From NCBI GenBank assembly GCA_013239625.1, contig MU054323.1, forward strand, positions 11,927,815-11,991,814: DNA of 64,000 nucleotides, read 5' to 3'. Under the pieces are notes generated by a model. It did no database searches, had not been told where the DNA came from, and was given only the letters and a program-made list of their open reading frames with translations. The translations under genes and the position numbers were made by a program. Of this stretch, positions 1 through 12,427 are shown piece by piece (position 1 is the stretch's first letter; each line of letters starts with the position of its first letter). The stretch comes from Lama guanicoe. Taxonomy: Eukaryota.

Positions 1-279
1 GGTAGTGACAGTTTTGGTCATTTGGGGTAAGCTGATATTGGACCGTTCTTTCCATGCTCCCAGGAATACATTCCCAAATAATAGAGTGTCTTCCTAAGGG
101 ACTGAACTCAGTAACTAAGGGACAGTCTACATTTAAGAGCGAGGAGAGCGTAAAGCAGGTCAACTCTGTCTTCGTAGCTGTCCCTGAGAGGGCGCTGTTC
201 CCAAATCAAACCTCCAGAGGCCGGGACTGAAATACCAGAGCATTCCCACAGGACTCAGCCTCTCTCCCTTCCCAGGCAG

Positions 280-1110
280 CGAGCTGTCGCGGGTCCCCAG
301 TGGGGCGACTGCCCACAAACATGGCGCCGCCCTGCTCAGCTTCTCCTCGCCGGGGCCGCCGAGCCTGGCCAGCCCTGCCAGTACTCGGGAACTTCCTCCG
401 CGAGCCCGCTTCCTGCAAGGCTGGCATTTAAATCGGCGCCTGGGGTTGCAGGCTGCGGCTGCGGATGCTGAGCTGTAAGCGGGCTGGGCAGCGCCGCCGC
501 CTCTACTGAGCCTCTGGACTGGCGGGCAGGAGCAGAGCCAGAAGCATCCCTTAATTACATCCGAGCCAAAGCGAGAGAGGGCTGGGGAAGACCGGGGACC
601 CCCGCACCTGGCATTTAATTGCAGGTTTGACTTTATTTCCAAGATCGCAGTCCCCCTGCCCAGTCCAGATATTTTCCCTCCCTCCGGCCTTGGTTGCTGG
701 ATGAATCTGGGGCTGGACTTGGTCCCAGGAGTAGGGGAGGAGCGCGTTCCCGGCCCCGCGCCGTCGCCGCAGGGACCCCCAAGCCGCGCGCCCCTGCCAT
801 GGTGAGGCTGAGCCCCGCGCTCCGGTGAGGCGGCGGCGCGGCTCGGAGCCAGGAGGGCCCGCCCTGCAGGACACCTCCCTCGACGCGGGGCTCCGTGCCC
901 TCCTGCTGGGACTGCGCGAGGGGGCAGCGAGTGGCGAACGCGATGTTCAGCTGGCTGGGTTCCGACGACCGCCGGAGGAAGGACCCCGAGGTCTTCCAGA
1001 CAGTGAGCGAGGGGCTCAAGAAACTCTACAGGAGCAAGCTGCTACCCCTGGAAGAGCACTACCGCTTCCACGAGTTCCACTCGCCCGCGCTGGAGGATGC
1101 CGACTTCGAC
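280..1110. promoter_or_regulatory. CpG island spanning the EHD3 promoter, 5' leader and coding exon 1
   Basis: High GC and dense CpG compared with the CpG-poor flanks; overlaps the first coding exon. Contains a YY1-like AACATGGCG (318-326) and a TATA-like palindrome ATTTAAAT (426-433). The TSS is not directly visible. Confidence 0.85.
799..828 (+). promoter_or_regulatory. uORF MVRLSPALR* in strong Kozak context, in frame with EHD3
   Basis: gccATGg at 799 and TGA at 826-828; 943-799 = 144 nt, so same frame. Requires a TSS upstream of 799. Confidence 0.55.
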
Positions 1111-1169
1111 AACAAGCCCATGGTCCTGCTGGTGGGCCAGTACTCCACTGGGAAGACCACCTTCATCAG
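943..1169 (+). CDS. EHD3: EHD3 coding exon 1 (N-terminus and P-loop GQYSTGKT)
   Basis: ATG at 943; translation MFSWLGSDD...GQYSTGKTTFIR; donor AG|gtgaga at 1170. Confidence 0.97.
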
Positions 1170-2669
1170 GTGAGACTCCCGGGACCCTGGCAGCACATCC
1201 TGCCCCCCAGCGCTTGGGCCCTCTGTCACTCCCGGTGTCCCCTCCTGCCTGAGGACAAACCGGAAGTCTTCCCTTGAAGGCTCTGAAGAAATCTCTGTGT
1301 GGCAATGTCCAAAGCTTACCCCACAATTTCATTTCATTTCACAATTTCACCCCGCCCTACCTGGTGCCTTTCCACTGCACTTAGCCCTTGGCTTAGGTGG
1401 TCACCTTGAAGTGTTCAAGTTCAGCGCCATCCCTATTCTTCCCATCTGTTGGATGGTGAAACTGAGACCCAGGAGGCACAAGTGAGAAAGCTCCTGGTTG
1501 CAAGAGTACCTTATGCTGGTAGACGTGTTTATACCCTCAGGTTGTAGGGACATGCCCTTGATAGTCAGAACCACTTCCCTTGCCTTTTAAGTCTTCAGCC
1601 TTAAAGCCTCATATAGGGACTTTCCAGTTGCAGCTGAGGATGTGGGCCCGAAGCTTGTGGCCCCCTGTCTGGTAGTGCCACTTGTCTTTCTTTTATCAGT
1701 TTCCTTCTCTGAGCAGAGCTCCTCCATACAGCTCTCAGAGACTGGAGAGAAGCAGTGTTCAGAAGCAAATGCTTTTTTCTTTTCCCTTGATCTTAATGGC
1801 TCAGTAATCAGATTAAAGCCTTTTAGAGGTGGGAGGGATATTGGCAATAGTCTCATCCAGCCCCTTGACTTGTTAGGGTAATTGAATCAGAGAAGTTAGA
1901 TGAATCGCCCAAAGCCGTGTAACAGAGTGGGAGGCCGACCTGGGATGCAGGACCTAGGCTCATGGGAGGAGATGGTAGGCTAAATGCCTATAACTTTGAG
2001 GGTTAGTCATCCATACCCTTGAATTACAGAATCCTTGGGCTGAAGGGATCCCCAAGAAGTCAGTTTGTCCACCCTGCATTCAGAGAGGTCTGCATATTGG
2101 CCACCAGAGTCATGAGCATCTTTCGTATCTTTAGAGGACAGGCTTCATTCCAGTCCTTAATCCACACAACCAGCCATCTTCCCTGGCCTCATTCACAGCC
2201 ATTGGAAGCCGTTGAGGGTGCTTGTGGCACTCTGTGTTGAGAGTCAGGCTCGTAGAGAGCGGTGATGGGTTCAGTGATCACCCTCCAAGTCAGTGGTGCT
2301 CATCTCCTGCAGAAGGTTTCAAAGCAGGGGTGCTCATGTTTCCATTCATTGACCAAGCACCTGCAGCATGCAAAGCATTGTGCTTTGTTTGGCGAGGAGA
2401 ACAGAAAAGTTTACCGTCTGGTTCCTGATTTTCTAGATACTAATTTTCTCCAGCACTCAGCTTTTAACACAAGCAGGGCATGCACCACAGTACCATGTCA
2501 TGTCTGAACAAAACACCTGGAGAGTTTGCCCTTGTGGACTAGACAGCCTGGCACTCAGCAGCTTTGTGAGGCTGAGTGATTGCTGAAGAAGTTGGGTTCC
2601 TGGGGGGATGCTGGCTTTTGGATACCTTAGATGGTTAGAACTACAAGGACCTTTAGCGATGAATCTAGT

Positions 2670-2820
2670 CCATTCCTTCTTAGCGTTTCAAAAGGTATGT
2701 ACCTACTTTGAAAATCTGATGAAATCTGTGGACCCATCTTTAGAAAAATGCACGTACATCCCAAATTTCCATATAATCTTGAGGGTCCAAGGGCTGCCTT
2801 GGACTTTAGGGTAAGAACCT
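2670..2820. mobile_element. hAT-Charlie MITE remnant (MER117-like)
   Basis: Motif tttgaaaatctgatgaaatctgtggaccc...agaaaaatgcac...aagaacct resembles the recalled consensus. Confidence 0.5.
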
Positions 2821-3529
2821 TTGATCTAATCCATCTCCCTATTTTGATAAACACCCAAAGTGCCAAGGGCACTTCAGAGTTACCTGGGTTCTGGGCCAGT
2901 TTCCTTTGTAATCAGTGACCTCCACCTGGCGTGGCTGATGCCCTGCAGGGAACACAGGCCATTTACAGATGGTTACTGCCCTTGCACGGCCTTCCCCAGC
3001 CCTCCGGACACACTGGTTATAACTCTTAGTATGTTAGAGCGTCTCCTCTCCTAGCACCAGCACTTACAGCTGTGTCCTTAGCTCTCAGGGACTTCATCCA
3101 GGGTCTCAGAGGCCTCATTTGCAAAAGAGGAGGGGAGATGGGGAAGGTGAGTGTCCCTGGGGGTAGGATCCTGAAGCAGCAGATGTGTTTAAGTGCCTCT
3201 TGTCTGAGACAGTCCTGTCTTTGCCTGAGTCATGCCGGCTGTTAACCGGGTCTAAGAAAGTGGCAGAGCAGGGTTGCCACAGATTATTCCTTATCTGAGG
3301 GAGACAGGAGGCCGGGAGAGGCAGATCTCTCCTCTTTCTTATCCTCCCAGTGCAGGAGTTCTCCCTCCTCGCTCATGTCAGTAACTGAATTTAGCTTGTG
3401 TATCAAAAGCTGTCTCCCTTTGAGGAAGAGGCTACCAACAGGGGAGGAGGGTTTGGAGCACAGGGAAGTCCTCCAAAACCAAATTACATGTTTTCCTTTC
3501 TTCTCATTAAATCCACTGAACAGTTTTTT

Positions 3530-4050
3530 TTTTAATCGGAAAATGCAGACAAGAATAAATTTGCAGAGGAAGGAAAAAAATCCCTGGTCATCCCATGACT
3601 CAGGGGAAACTATTTTAAATATTATATATATATATATAGTTTCAGTATTTTTAGGTATTTTATAACACAGTTGAGATCATGCCATAATGTAATTTTGTAT
3701 ACTGATTTATTCATTTCACTTATAGCATGAGCATTTCCTGGGTCAAAGACTCTTTGTAAGCATTATTTTTAAGAGCTATAAGATACTTCACTGTATGCCT
3801 TTGCAATTATTCATTTAAGCAGCCTACTTCTTTTGAATGTTTTAGGTTGTTTCTCTCTCTTTTTTATTTTTTGCTATTGAATATCTTTATATCTCTTTGC
3901 ACAATATTTTCCCACATATTATGCTGTTTTCTCAGAGTCCCACAGTGAAATCACTAGGCTGAAGGTTGTACAGAGCTTTGAGGCTTTTAAAATTTTTTTT
4001 TTACTTTTTAATCTTGGTGTTTAGAGTCATATTTCTGAGTTGCTTTCCAA
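3530..4050 (-). mobile_element. Ancient L1M (L1ME/L1MC-type) 3' fragment
   Basis: AT-rich island with antisense L1 3' motifs (gagatcat...ttcacttatagcatgagcatttcc...tttaggttgtttc). Confidence 0.55.
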
Positions 4051-7000
4051 GAGGGGAAGTTGGTACAGGAGCCCCTCCCCAAAGCAAAGAGGGCTCCACA
4101 TCGGTTATCAGCTGGCCTCTTCCATCCCTGCTTCTTTGCCTTGAGCGTAGTGATTCACTGAGGTCTGTGTTCTGGCCTGAACCTGCGAGGGACCTTTCCC
4201 TCAGAAACAAAGACTTGTCTCTTCATCCCCTGGCCCTTGGCCTTTTGCCTCTTCTCTCAGTTATATGTACTTGCCTCTGGGTCTATTTCTTGTCTCAGGA
4301 AGAACATACAGAAAAGGACATTCTTCTAATCGCTAATTAACGTGCTTTGATCTCTGCCTGAAATAACTTCCCTGGCCTAAGGCCCGGCGACCCGGGGTAA
4401 TAAACTAAACAATCAATTGGCCTGGTGGCTGCTTCCTTCAACACAGGCTGCCTCTTCGGAGGACAGTAGCTCTGTGTCCCTCTGGCCCTGGCTGCCTTCC
4501 CTCCTGCCTCTGCTGTTTTTCTCTCTTCACTCTTCCTCCCTCTGGCGTGCAGCCTCCAGTCCCTCCTCTCTGGCACCCTTTGCCCCTGGTCACGGAGGTG
4601 ACTAGCTGGCTGTCGCAGGGCCTAGGAAGGCTATGTCTCAGGGACTTCAAGCGAGGCCTGGCTGGACCACGGCGGCGCTGGAGCAGAGGGCCAGGGACAT
4701 TGGGTGCGAGGCCTGGGTCTCCACAGGGAGATTTGAGTGGGTCTTGAGGGGCATCTGGCCCTTCTAGAGCGTGACTCAGACTCTAAAGTATGCATGAGCA
4801 CATGGCGGGGTGGGGTCGGGGGCTGCTCAGCTGGCCCTCCCACCTCCCCCACTTCTTCAGGGGGCTCTTTGCATCCCCCTGCAAAGGTGACCCTGCATTT
4901 CCCTCCCTCATCACCTCCCTGGCACGCCCACTGCCTGGGCCGCAACACCTCCCGAGGCAAGATGATTCTCCAGGAAGCAGAAGGGCTAGAGAAGGGGCCG
5001 GACTTCCATTCCAGGTAGACCCTCTGACTCCTGCCAGGCCCATCCTGCCAGCCACAGCCCCTGGGGCTCCTCATTTCTGTCCTCCCTCCGAGGTCTGTGG
5101 ACATTCTTCTCCCTCCAGGGCTCTGATCTGCTGGTCCCTACGTGGGGCTGGGTGAAAACCCACCCGCAAGGCCTGAGTGTTGTTCCAGGAGCAGCGGGCC
5201 CGAGGCCAGGGGCGCGGGGTCCACCTGCCTGAGGTCAGCTTAAGATCTGCCTTGAGACTTGGGTGTGCAGAGGGAGGGCATCAGGAGATGCGTGACGGAG
5301 GAGAAGGGCCTCTGGAGAACAGGGGAACCAGGCCACGGGAAGAACACCGGCCGGCTCAGCAGAACCCAGGCTCCGCCAGGCGCCCGCCCCGTGGCCTGGC
5401 CAGGAAGTTCTGACCTCTCTGAACCTCAGTGTCCTTATCTGACATGCAAATAGTAACTGCCACCTATAGGGTCCCCGTCAGGACTAGGGGGGAGGGAGAA
5501 CCAGGGTAGGGCCAGGTATGTTCCAGGTGCTGCGCTTGCGGCTTTATCATTCCCTCTCCTCTTCCCAGCGGATTCTCTAACCAGAGAGGCTGAGAGGCTG
5601 GCCCACAGGAAGGGGAAGGGACCGGACACCCCCATCTGGTCCCGCCCACAGTGCGGTGGGCCCCGGGCGAGGGGTGTCCTGGGAACGGGTATCTTGCTGC
5701 CCCCTCCCAGGCTGGAGGCATAACCTTGGGCAGTGAGGTGAGGTCAGTCAAGACAATCTGGCCTCCCCTCTCCTTTGTGCTGGGACCACTTTGTCCCATG
5801 GTGGGGGCTGCTGTGCACCAGGGACGGTGGTGGCTGCTAGGGGAGCATGGAGCAGCTCAGACCTCAACTCAGCCATCGAGTCCCTGTTTCCTACTTCAGT
5901 TTGTGTCCGTGGGGTGCTCTACAGTCTCCCTAAAGCCCCGTGAGGCCAAAAGGGCAAGTATTATTGTCTTGACCCCATTTTAAAGCTTAAGTACATGAGA
6001 CTTAGACCAAGGACACAGATACATGACACGAATACCTATAATACAAAAGAGAAAGTGATGCGTGCCTTTAGCATCTACCTAAAATATGCAAATTAAGAGC
6101 TATGTGATTTAGGAGGAAGAAAGTGAGTAATTAGGTTTGGAGTGAGGTGGGAATGAATCAGTTAAGGCTTCACAGAAGAGGCACCAGCGCTGGGTTTGGA
6201 GGCCAGGTAGAAATGCTCTGAGTGCCCACAGGCAGTGAGGAGGTATTCGTGTTCTCAACGACTGTCTCTGCCAGTCCGGGCAGGTGTCTGGTATAACCAT
6301 TGCTTTTCCCAAACCTCATGTATATCATCTTAAAACCTTCACTCTGTTTCTCTGAGCTAGTTAGAAATGCAGTATTATCCCATTTTATGAACTGGGAAAA
6401 CCGAGGCAATGGGTTCTTGAAGCCCTTGCCCAAGGCCACATCTGCAATCGAGACACATTCCTTAATCGAGCAGGGACAGAGGGTCCAGCCAGTCCGAGTC
6501 CTCCACAGGCATAGTTTGTGGCCCCAGCCCCTGTGTTCCTCGCCTGGGCACTGTCCCCAGCAGCGGGGAGGTTTGGCCACACTGCTGCAGAGACAGGTCC
6601 ACTGGGGGCAGACTGGGTAAAGATTCTTGGCCCCATGCCTTACCCAGGGTGCTTAGGTCACCAGTAAAACAAGCCACATGCTTAGACTGCCAGCCAAGCA
6701 GGACACCAGAAAATGAGGGAAATGTTAGGAAATAATTTGCTTAAGAAAAATATGAAGAGGAGTAGTCATGGGAAAAATCAGAATTGCACTGGGCTTCCTT
6801 ACACCCATTTTATTTATGGTTTAGTATTTATCTGTTTCAGATTTGAGGCAAGGTGGGGTGGGGTGGGGCGGCACCCAAATCTTTTCAGCTCTTTGGGCCA
6901 CTAAATATTTTTATTTGGCCCTGAGCTCGGGCTACCTCTATCTCAATTTGCTCACCTGCAAAATTGAAATAATGTGCTGCTAGAACTGATTCAGTGGGAT

Positions 7001-8119
7001 GATCTGGGCAAGGTCTCAGAACAGCACCTGCCTCACAGTGGGTGCCCTGCCTGCCTGTTCCTCCCGTATTCTTTCGCATCTCCCTCTCAGCTGCTCCCAC
7101 CCAGGCTTGAATTAACTTTTCTTTTTTTACACTGCTGTGGGAATGTTTGCGCCTGGCAACAGAGGCGATCTGTATCACTCCCCATAGAGAAGCAGCCATG
7201 AGATCCCTCAATAGGTTTTCCTTTCTGGACATAGTAGCAGCTTTGTTAAGGGGGACCTCAGGGCCGCAGGCCATCCCCAAATGTCCCTGAGAATTTACCC
7301 AGCCCTGGGTTCTCTGCTTCGCCTGGCTGTGTCCCCGGACTTGGTTTTGCCAGACCGATGTGTGGTCAGCAAATCTAGGGTCAGGTGGGTTTAGCAGAGG
7401 GGCAGGACAGCAGGTCCAGTCTCCAGGCCCCTGCTGGGTTGCCTGAGGCTGTGGCTCCAGAACATCCCAGGAAGTGACCCCCTCTGTGCTGGGAAGCGTC
7501 ACCCTGTCACCCTTTGTTCATCTGCCAGGGCACTGCATCTCTCTCTGGGTGCAATCTGAGACGCCTGTGTCAGGGAGATTCTTCCTCACTGCTGGTTGGC
7601 CCTTTTCAGCCTGGGCATTTTTGAGGCTGCCTCAGACTGTCTTTCCACCCTTGTCTATTTCAGCCATCCCTCCTCCTGCCTCAGAATTTGCACATCACAT
7701 CCCCTGCGGGGCCCTGCTTGGGGCTTCTCACCCAAGCACCTACCGAGACAGGTGCTTCCTGCACAAATAGGCAAGACTGGAAGGGATTTCCCATGGCGCT
7801 GGTTCTCATGAAACTGCTTCAAATCCCAAGACTATATTTTGAGAGCCAGTGGGCCTGCTCTGGTCACCTGATAGCAACAGCTTTTACACGCCCCTCACTC
7901 ACTGAGGCTGAGCTGTGGGCCCCAAGGCAGATGTTTATGGAGATGAGGAGTTCCTGGTTTGTGGGCCCAGAAGCCCCTCAAGGGCGTGGCCCCTGGCCAG
8001 CCTCCTGCCAAACCAAATCCCTTTGTGTCCGCCTTGTCTCACTCCTCTTTCTAGTCCCAAGGAGTGCTCAGCCCTTGTGCATTTCCTGGCCAAGGAGAGA
8101 CCTCCGGCAGGAAGGGAGA

Positions 8120-8255
8120 CAGTGAATATATTGGTTAGGAGCTGGAATTCTCAAATCCAAGTGCCAGGTTCAAATCCTAACTGTGCTGTTTACTGATTGC
8201 GTAACCTGCAGCAAATTGTTTAACCTTCATCTTCTCCTCTGTAAAATGGGATGGT
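8120..8255 (+). mobile_element. MIR SINE
   Basis: ggttaggagc...ggttcaaatcct...tttaacct...ctctgtaaaatggga core. Confidence 0.7.
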
Positions 8256-8396
8256 CACCTAAGGGCCAGGTACTGGTTTCAGTGCTCTGTAACTAATTTA
8301 ACCCTCAGAACACCCGGTGAGGTGGGTTCCCCCTGAGGCCCGTTTGGTGATGAGAGTCACAGTGCTCGTGTCAGAGGAGATGTGACCATGGAACGA

Positions 8397-9137
8397 GACC
8401 ATCCGGGGAAAGTCTAGAACAGTGCCTGGCACGTCTCGGGTGCTTCATAAATCGGAACGATGGTCTCCCATGTTAGGGAGGAAGGTGCTGAGGTTTGCAG
8501 AGGTCGAGAACCTTCCGAAAGGCACACCCCTCGTGGTTAGAGGAACCAGGTCTGCTGGCTCCAGGCCCTGAAGGTCCCTGCCTCTCCCCTGGGACCCTGA
8601 AGGAGAAGTCACGCGTCAGAAAGCAGCAATTGCCGTCCAAGTGTGCAGCTGTGGTGATGTGTTCTCATCACAACGCACCTTTCAGAACGGTCCTCTGATG
8701 GGAGGAGATCCTATCCTCACACCCAGATTGTTGGGCTGGGAGGCTGGAGGGAGATGAGGGGCTCCCCAGAGCAACCTAAAACCTTGGCTGCAGGCGGGGC
8801 GCCCCCCCCCCCCCCACCCCCATCTCTCCTGCCAGTTCCTCGGTTCCTCGGGGAGGGAGCCCATAGCAACCGGACTTGAACTGCCCTGGAACCACGGAGT
8901 AAACCAACAGCTCAGAACACAAAGGGATGTCGAGGAGCCAGAAGAAACTCCAGCGGGTCTCCCCGGCTGCCACCCCGCTGGGCAGAGCCGGCTCACCTTG
9001 GGGTGGGGAGCACAGGGTGGACAGAGAGCTTAGCCCTTGGACCACCCGTGGACAGTCTAGAACAGTGCCTGGCACGTCACAGGTGCTTCATAAGTCTGAA
9101 CAACGATCTCGCGTGTTAGGGGGGGAAGGTGCTGAGG
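8397..9137 (+). repeat. Dispersed direct repeat of ~97 bp (8397-8493 and 9040-9137)
   Basis: Both copies read gacca.ccg.gga.agtctagaacagtgcctggcacgtc.c.ggtgcttcataa...tgttaggg..gaaggtgctgagg; about 13 differences by manual alignment. Confidence 0.85.
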
Positions 9138-9299
9138 CCCTGACTTTCCGTGAGGCCTTGATCAACTTTCTGGCAGTGACTTCCTTAGTATAGAGGACAG
9201 TTAGCAAAGGATTTGGTAATAGTCTGATAAGAGTTTGGGTTCCAGCTGTTTTACTTTGAGAAAGCCACGTAACCCTTCAAAGCCCTGGTCTCCTCAGTG

Positions 9300-9396
9300 C
9301 AGTCGTCCCTGCGTATCCGAGGGGACTGGTTCCAGGATCTCACCTCCCCTGCAAATGCTCAAGTCCCTTATATAAAGTGGCCTAGTATTTACATAC
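9300..9396 (+). mobile_element. MER2-like TcMar-Tigger 5' fragment
   Basis: cagtcgtccct..gtatccg.ggggactggttccagga...atgctcaagtcccttatataaa.tggc..agtattt matches the MER2 left end; also similar to 25486-25641. Confidence 0.75.
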
Positions 9397-9781
9397 GTGT
9401 GTAGAACTGAATCACTTTTTGCACACCTGAATCTAACACAGACGACCTTCAGCTGGGAAGTCTGCAATATTCTGTGTAGGAATCGGTTTCCAGCCATTTC
9501 TGAGTCCAAACCTTGCTCTTTTTACCCTCTACTCCTTCAGGGAGGGAAAAAGAGAAGGGTCAAGAAGGACAGATTTGATATTTTAAGTTCCGCTGAAATC
9601 CCACCTTCTGCACAGAGGTCTTTGGATTCCCCATGCCTGAAGATCTCTCCCGGCCGTGAAATCTCGCTGCTCTGGACCTGCCCCTCTGCTGTGACTCACA
9701 GCCATGTCTGCCTTGTGGTAGACGTGCGGTGTTGATCTGTGAACAGAATCCCTGCATCGTGACTGTGCTCCCTCCTGCCAG

Positions 9782-9958
9782 GTACCTGCTGGAACAGGAT
9801 TTTCCTGGCATGAGGATTGGACCCGAGCCGACCACTGACTCCTTCATTGCGGTGATGCAGGGAGACGTGGAGGGGACCATTCCGGGGAACGCCCTGGTGG
9901 TGGATCCAAAGAAACCTTTCAGGAAACTGAACGCCTTTGGCAATGCCTTCTTGAACAG
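9782..9958 (+). CDS. EHD3: EHD3 coding exon 2 (switch I GPEPTT, KPF loop)
   Basis: Acceptor cctcctgccag|G; YLLEQDFPGMRIGPEPTTDSF...KKPFRKLNAFGNAFLNR; donor AG|gtgagc; phase matches exon 1. Confidence 0.97.
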
Positions 9959-10649
9959 GTGAGCGCAGAGGTAACACACAGGCCTTGGGGGCTCTCTTTT
10001 TCTTGGAGTGTAAGAAGTGAGAGGGCGGAGCAGGGACTTGGAAGTCTGTACTTTTTCCAGACCTGAAATCTCTCTTGATTGTCCCTTTCTTGCTGGGAAT
10101 GACCACCATTGATTAGGGATATGCAAGCTGCAAATGCCGGGCTGATTTCTCCTTATCAAGGAGCAGGGAAAGGTTCAACTAGTTAAATCACATCTCTCGA
10201 ATCTGCACCTCTCTCCAACAAAAGCACAGAGGGCTGCTCTGTGTGGTTCTCAGCTTTTTCCTAGACTCTGGAAGGGATTTGAATTCACCTGGAAGGAGGC
10301 AAGGGAAGGTTCCCCTCTGATTCTGGACATTGTTGGTACTTGGGGGAAGGAGCTTGGACTTAAGGTAGAAGCCCTGGCTTTGAGTACTGACCCTCCTACC
10401 AAACTCACTGTGTGACCTTGGACCAGTCACCTCCCTGGGATAAGTCAGCCTGCAGACACCAGGGTCACTGGGTCGATTTGAGTGGAGGAAGCTCTAGAGA
10501 TGCTTGGCAAGCTGACCTGGGCCTCCCCATTATTCTGCTCAACTGGAATGCAGGCTGGCCCCCCATCACACTTGTTGTATCCACACCACAATTGTGCATG
10601 TGTATTACATTAAAATTCTTTTAAGCTGCTTCCTCTAATTGAAGGCATT

Positions 10650-10850
10650 TAGAGTAAAGGTAAAGACTATAGGCATTGGCTTCAGACCAACTTGAGTTCA
10701 AATTCTACCAAATAGCACCACGGATCTTAGATCACCTAACTGTCTGTGTCTCACTCTTTCCATCTGTAAAATAGGATAATAGTAATACTGTCCTCCAAGG
10801 CCAGGGGACTTTGTAGAAAAGTTGGCATTTGACACAAATGTTTGATGATG
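10650..10850 (+). mobile_element. MIR SINE
   Basis: cagaccaacttgagttcaaatt...ccatctgtaaaataggataatagtaatac core. Confidence 0.7.
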
Positions 10851-11904
10851 AATGAAATTACACTGAAAGGTTTTTTTTTTTAAGGATATTCCAGGCAGAG
10901 ATATGGGGAAAAATATATATAAGCAGGGAAAATTAAAAGAATGTGGCTTAATGCAGGAATACTCTGATGAACATAACCACACTGCGTACATACATAGAAG
11001 GCATTGTAAGGTTTCTGCTCTTCTGTAAGCACATCCATTGGGGGAATAACAAGGAATGGGGGCTGTGGGGGAAAGCCCCCTTCCCTCCCTGCAGCCACAT
11101 GCAGGGAGGCTACACCTCAGACGTCTGCTTCCCATCTCCGTGCTGCCCAGTGGTCTTCTTCGCATCCCTCGACATCCCCTCTCCCCTTCTCTCCAAACAC
11201 TCCAGCCTCCTCGCCCAGCAGATGACCTTGCTTCCTGTTCTAGACAGGATGGAAGCCCATCTCCATGGATGCCCTGTAGTCGGTTTGTTTTCATCTGTCC
11301 ATACACGGCGTTTATTTGCATCGGTCCTCCCTCCCCCCAGCCTACAGAGAGTGGAGTCCTCTCTTTCCCCTCAAGGTCGGCCTCTTCCCTCCCTGCAGTG
11401 TGCGTCGGGGCCACCTTCCCAGGGACTGCCCCATCAGGTATTCTCCTTCTTACAGCTCCACCCTCCCTTGGCTCCTTCTCCTCCACATGGAACAATCTCC
11501 TCTTGAAAACCCTACAGGAGGCCCCACCAACTCCCGCTCTCACTTTCCACCCATACCAATTTTCATCTCCTCACTTCTTCCTGTCCCCTAACCTGCGGAA
11601 CATGGCTTCCCCCTGTCGCAGCTGCCCATGTGAAGGTCATCCAGACCTTCTAGTGATAAGCCAGGAGCACTCTCCATCCTTCGTTACCCCATCTCCCTTC
11701 GGTATTGGTTTCTCTCCATCTCCATCCCCTCTCCACTGCTTGGTCCTCCTCTTGCCTCCCTCTCCAGTCTCCTCTGGTCCCCTTCTTCTCTGGCTCCTGT
11801 GACCTGGTGTCACCCTTAGCCTTTTGCCCTTCTCTCTCCATGTGCCTGGCCTGGGTGATGCCTTGACAACAGCCGTGACCCCAGACACCAGCCCCACGTT
11901 CATG

Positions 11905-12060
11905 ACCTTCTGGTCACCAAGTGACAGAAACCCAGCTCAAACTGGCTTCAGCAAAATGTGGAATTTCTTGTAGAAAGAAATTCTGGGGTGTGCCTTAGAA
12001 CCTAAGGACCAGGGTGTGGCTGGGCCCCTGGCATAAGGGAAGCCATCAGCTTGGATAGGA
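11905..12060 (-). mobile_element. Old MaLR LTR fragment (MLT1J/K-like)
   Basis: caagtgacagaaacccagctcaaactggcttcagcaaaa..ggaattt terminus motif. Confidence 0.5.
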
Positions 12061-12427
12061 CAGGGGCTGCCATGTCCTATGCCACTTTTCTGCCCTGGTG
12101 TCTAGCAGGGCGCCACAAACACAGCAGATGCTGCATCAAGATTTGCTGAAGTGAACTGGACAGGCTGACAACCATCATGTTGGACTGTGTCACTCTTTGC
12201 TGAAAATGTTCCAATGGGTTCCTACTGCCCTCCATGTAAAATCCACATTTCTTAATGCAGCCCTCAAGGCCCTGGTGATCCGGCCTCTGCCCCCCTATCC
12301 GGCCGGTGTCTTCGTGCTCCAGCCTTCCGACTATACCTTAGTGATGAGTCCCCCCCTGGCATGGTGCCTGCTCTCTCTCTCTCTCAGTCTCTCTCTCTCG
12401 CATTTCTCTGCTGGACTCACACCTGCT

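Noticed and set aside
160..1332. Several 90-160 aa ORFs on both strands around exon 1
   Set aside because: Stop-poor frames expected in a GC-rich CpG island; Arg/Gly/Pro-biased with no recognisable domain, and several overlap the true EHD3 frame.
8397..9137. CRISPR-like or LTR-pair interpretation of the direct repeats
   Set aside because: Only two diverged copies in a mammalian intron; no spacer array, TG...CA termini, primer-binding site or polypurine tract recognised.
10698..11802. Long ORFs of 281, 248 and 179 aa in intron 1
   Set aside because: They lie in pyrimidine-rich, L2/MIR-like degenerate sequence; low-complexity translations with no family similarity or splice support.
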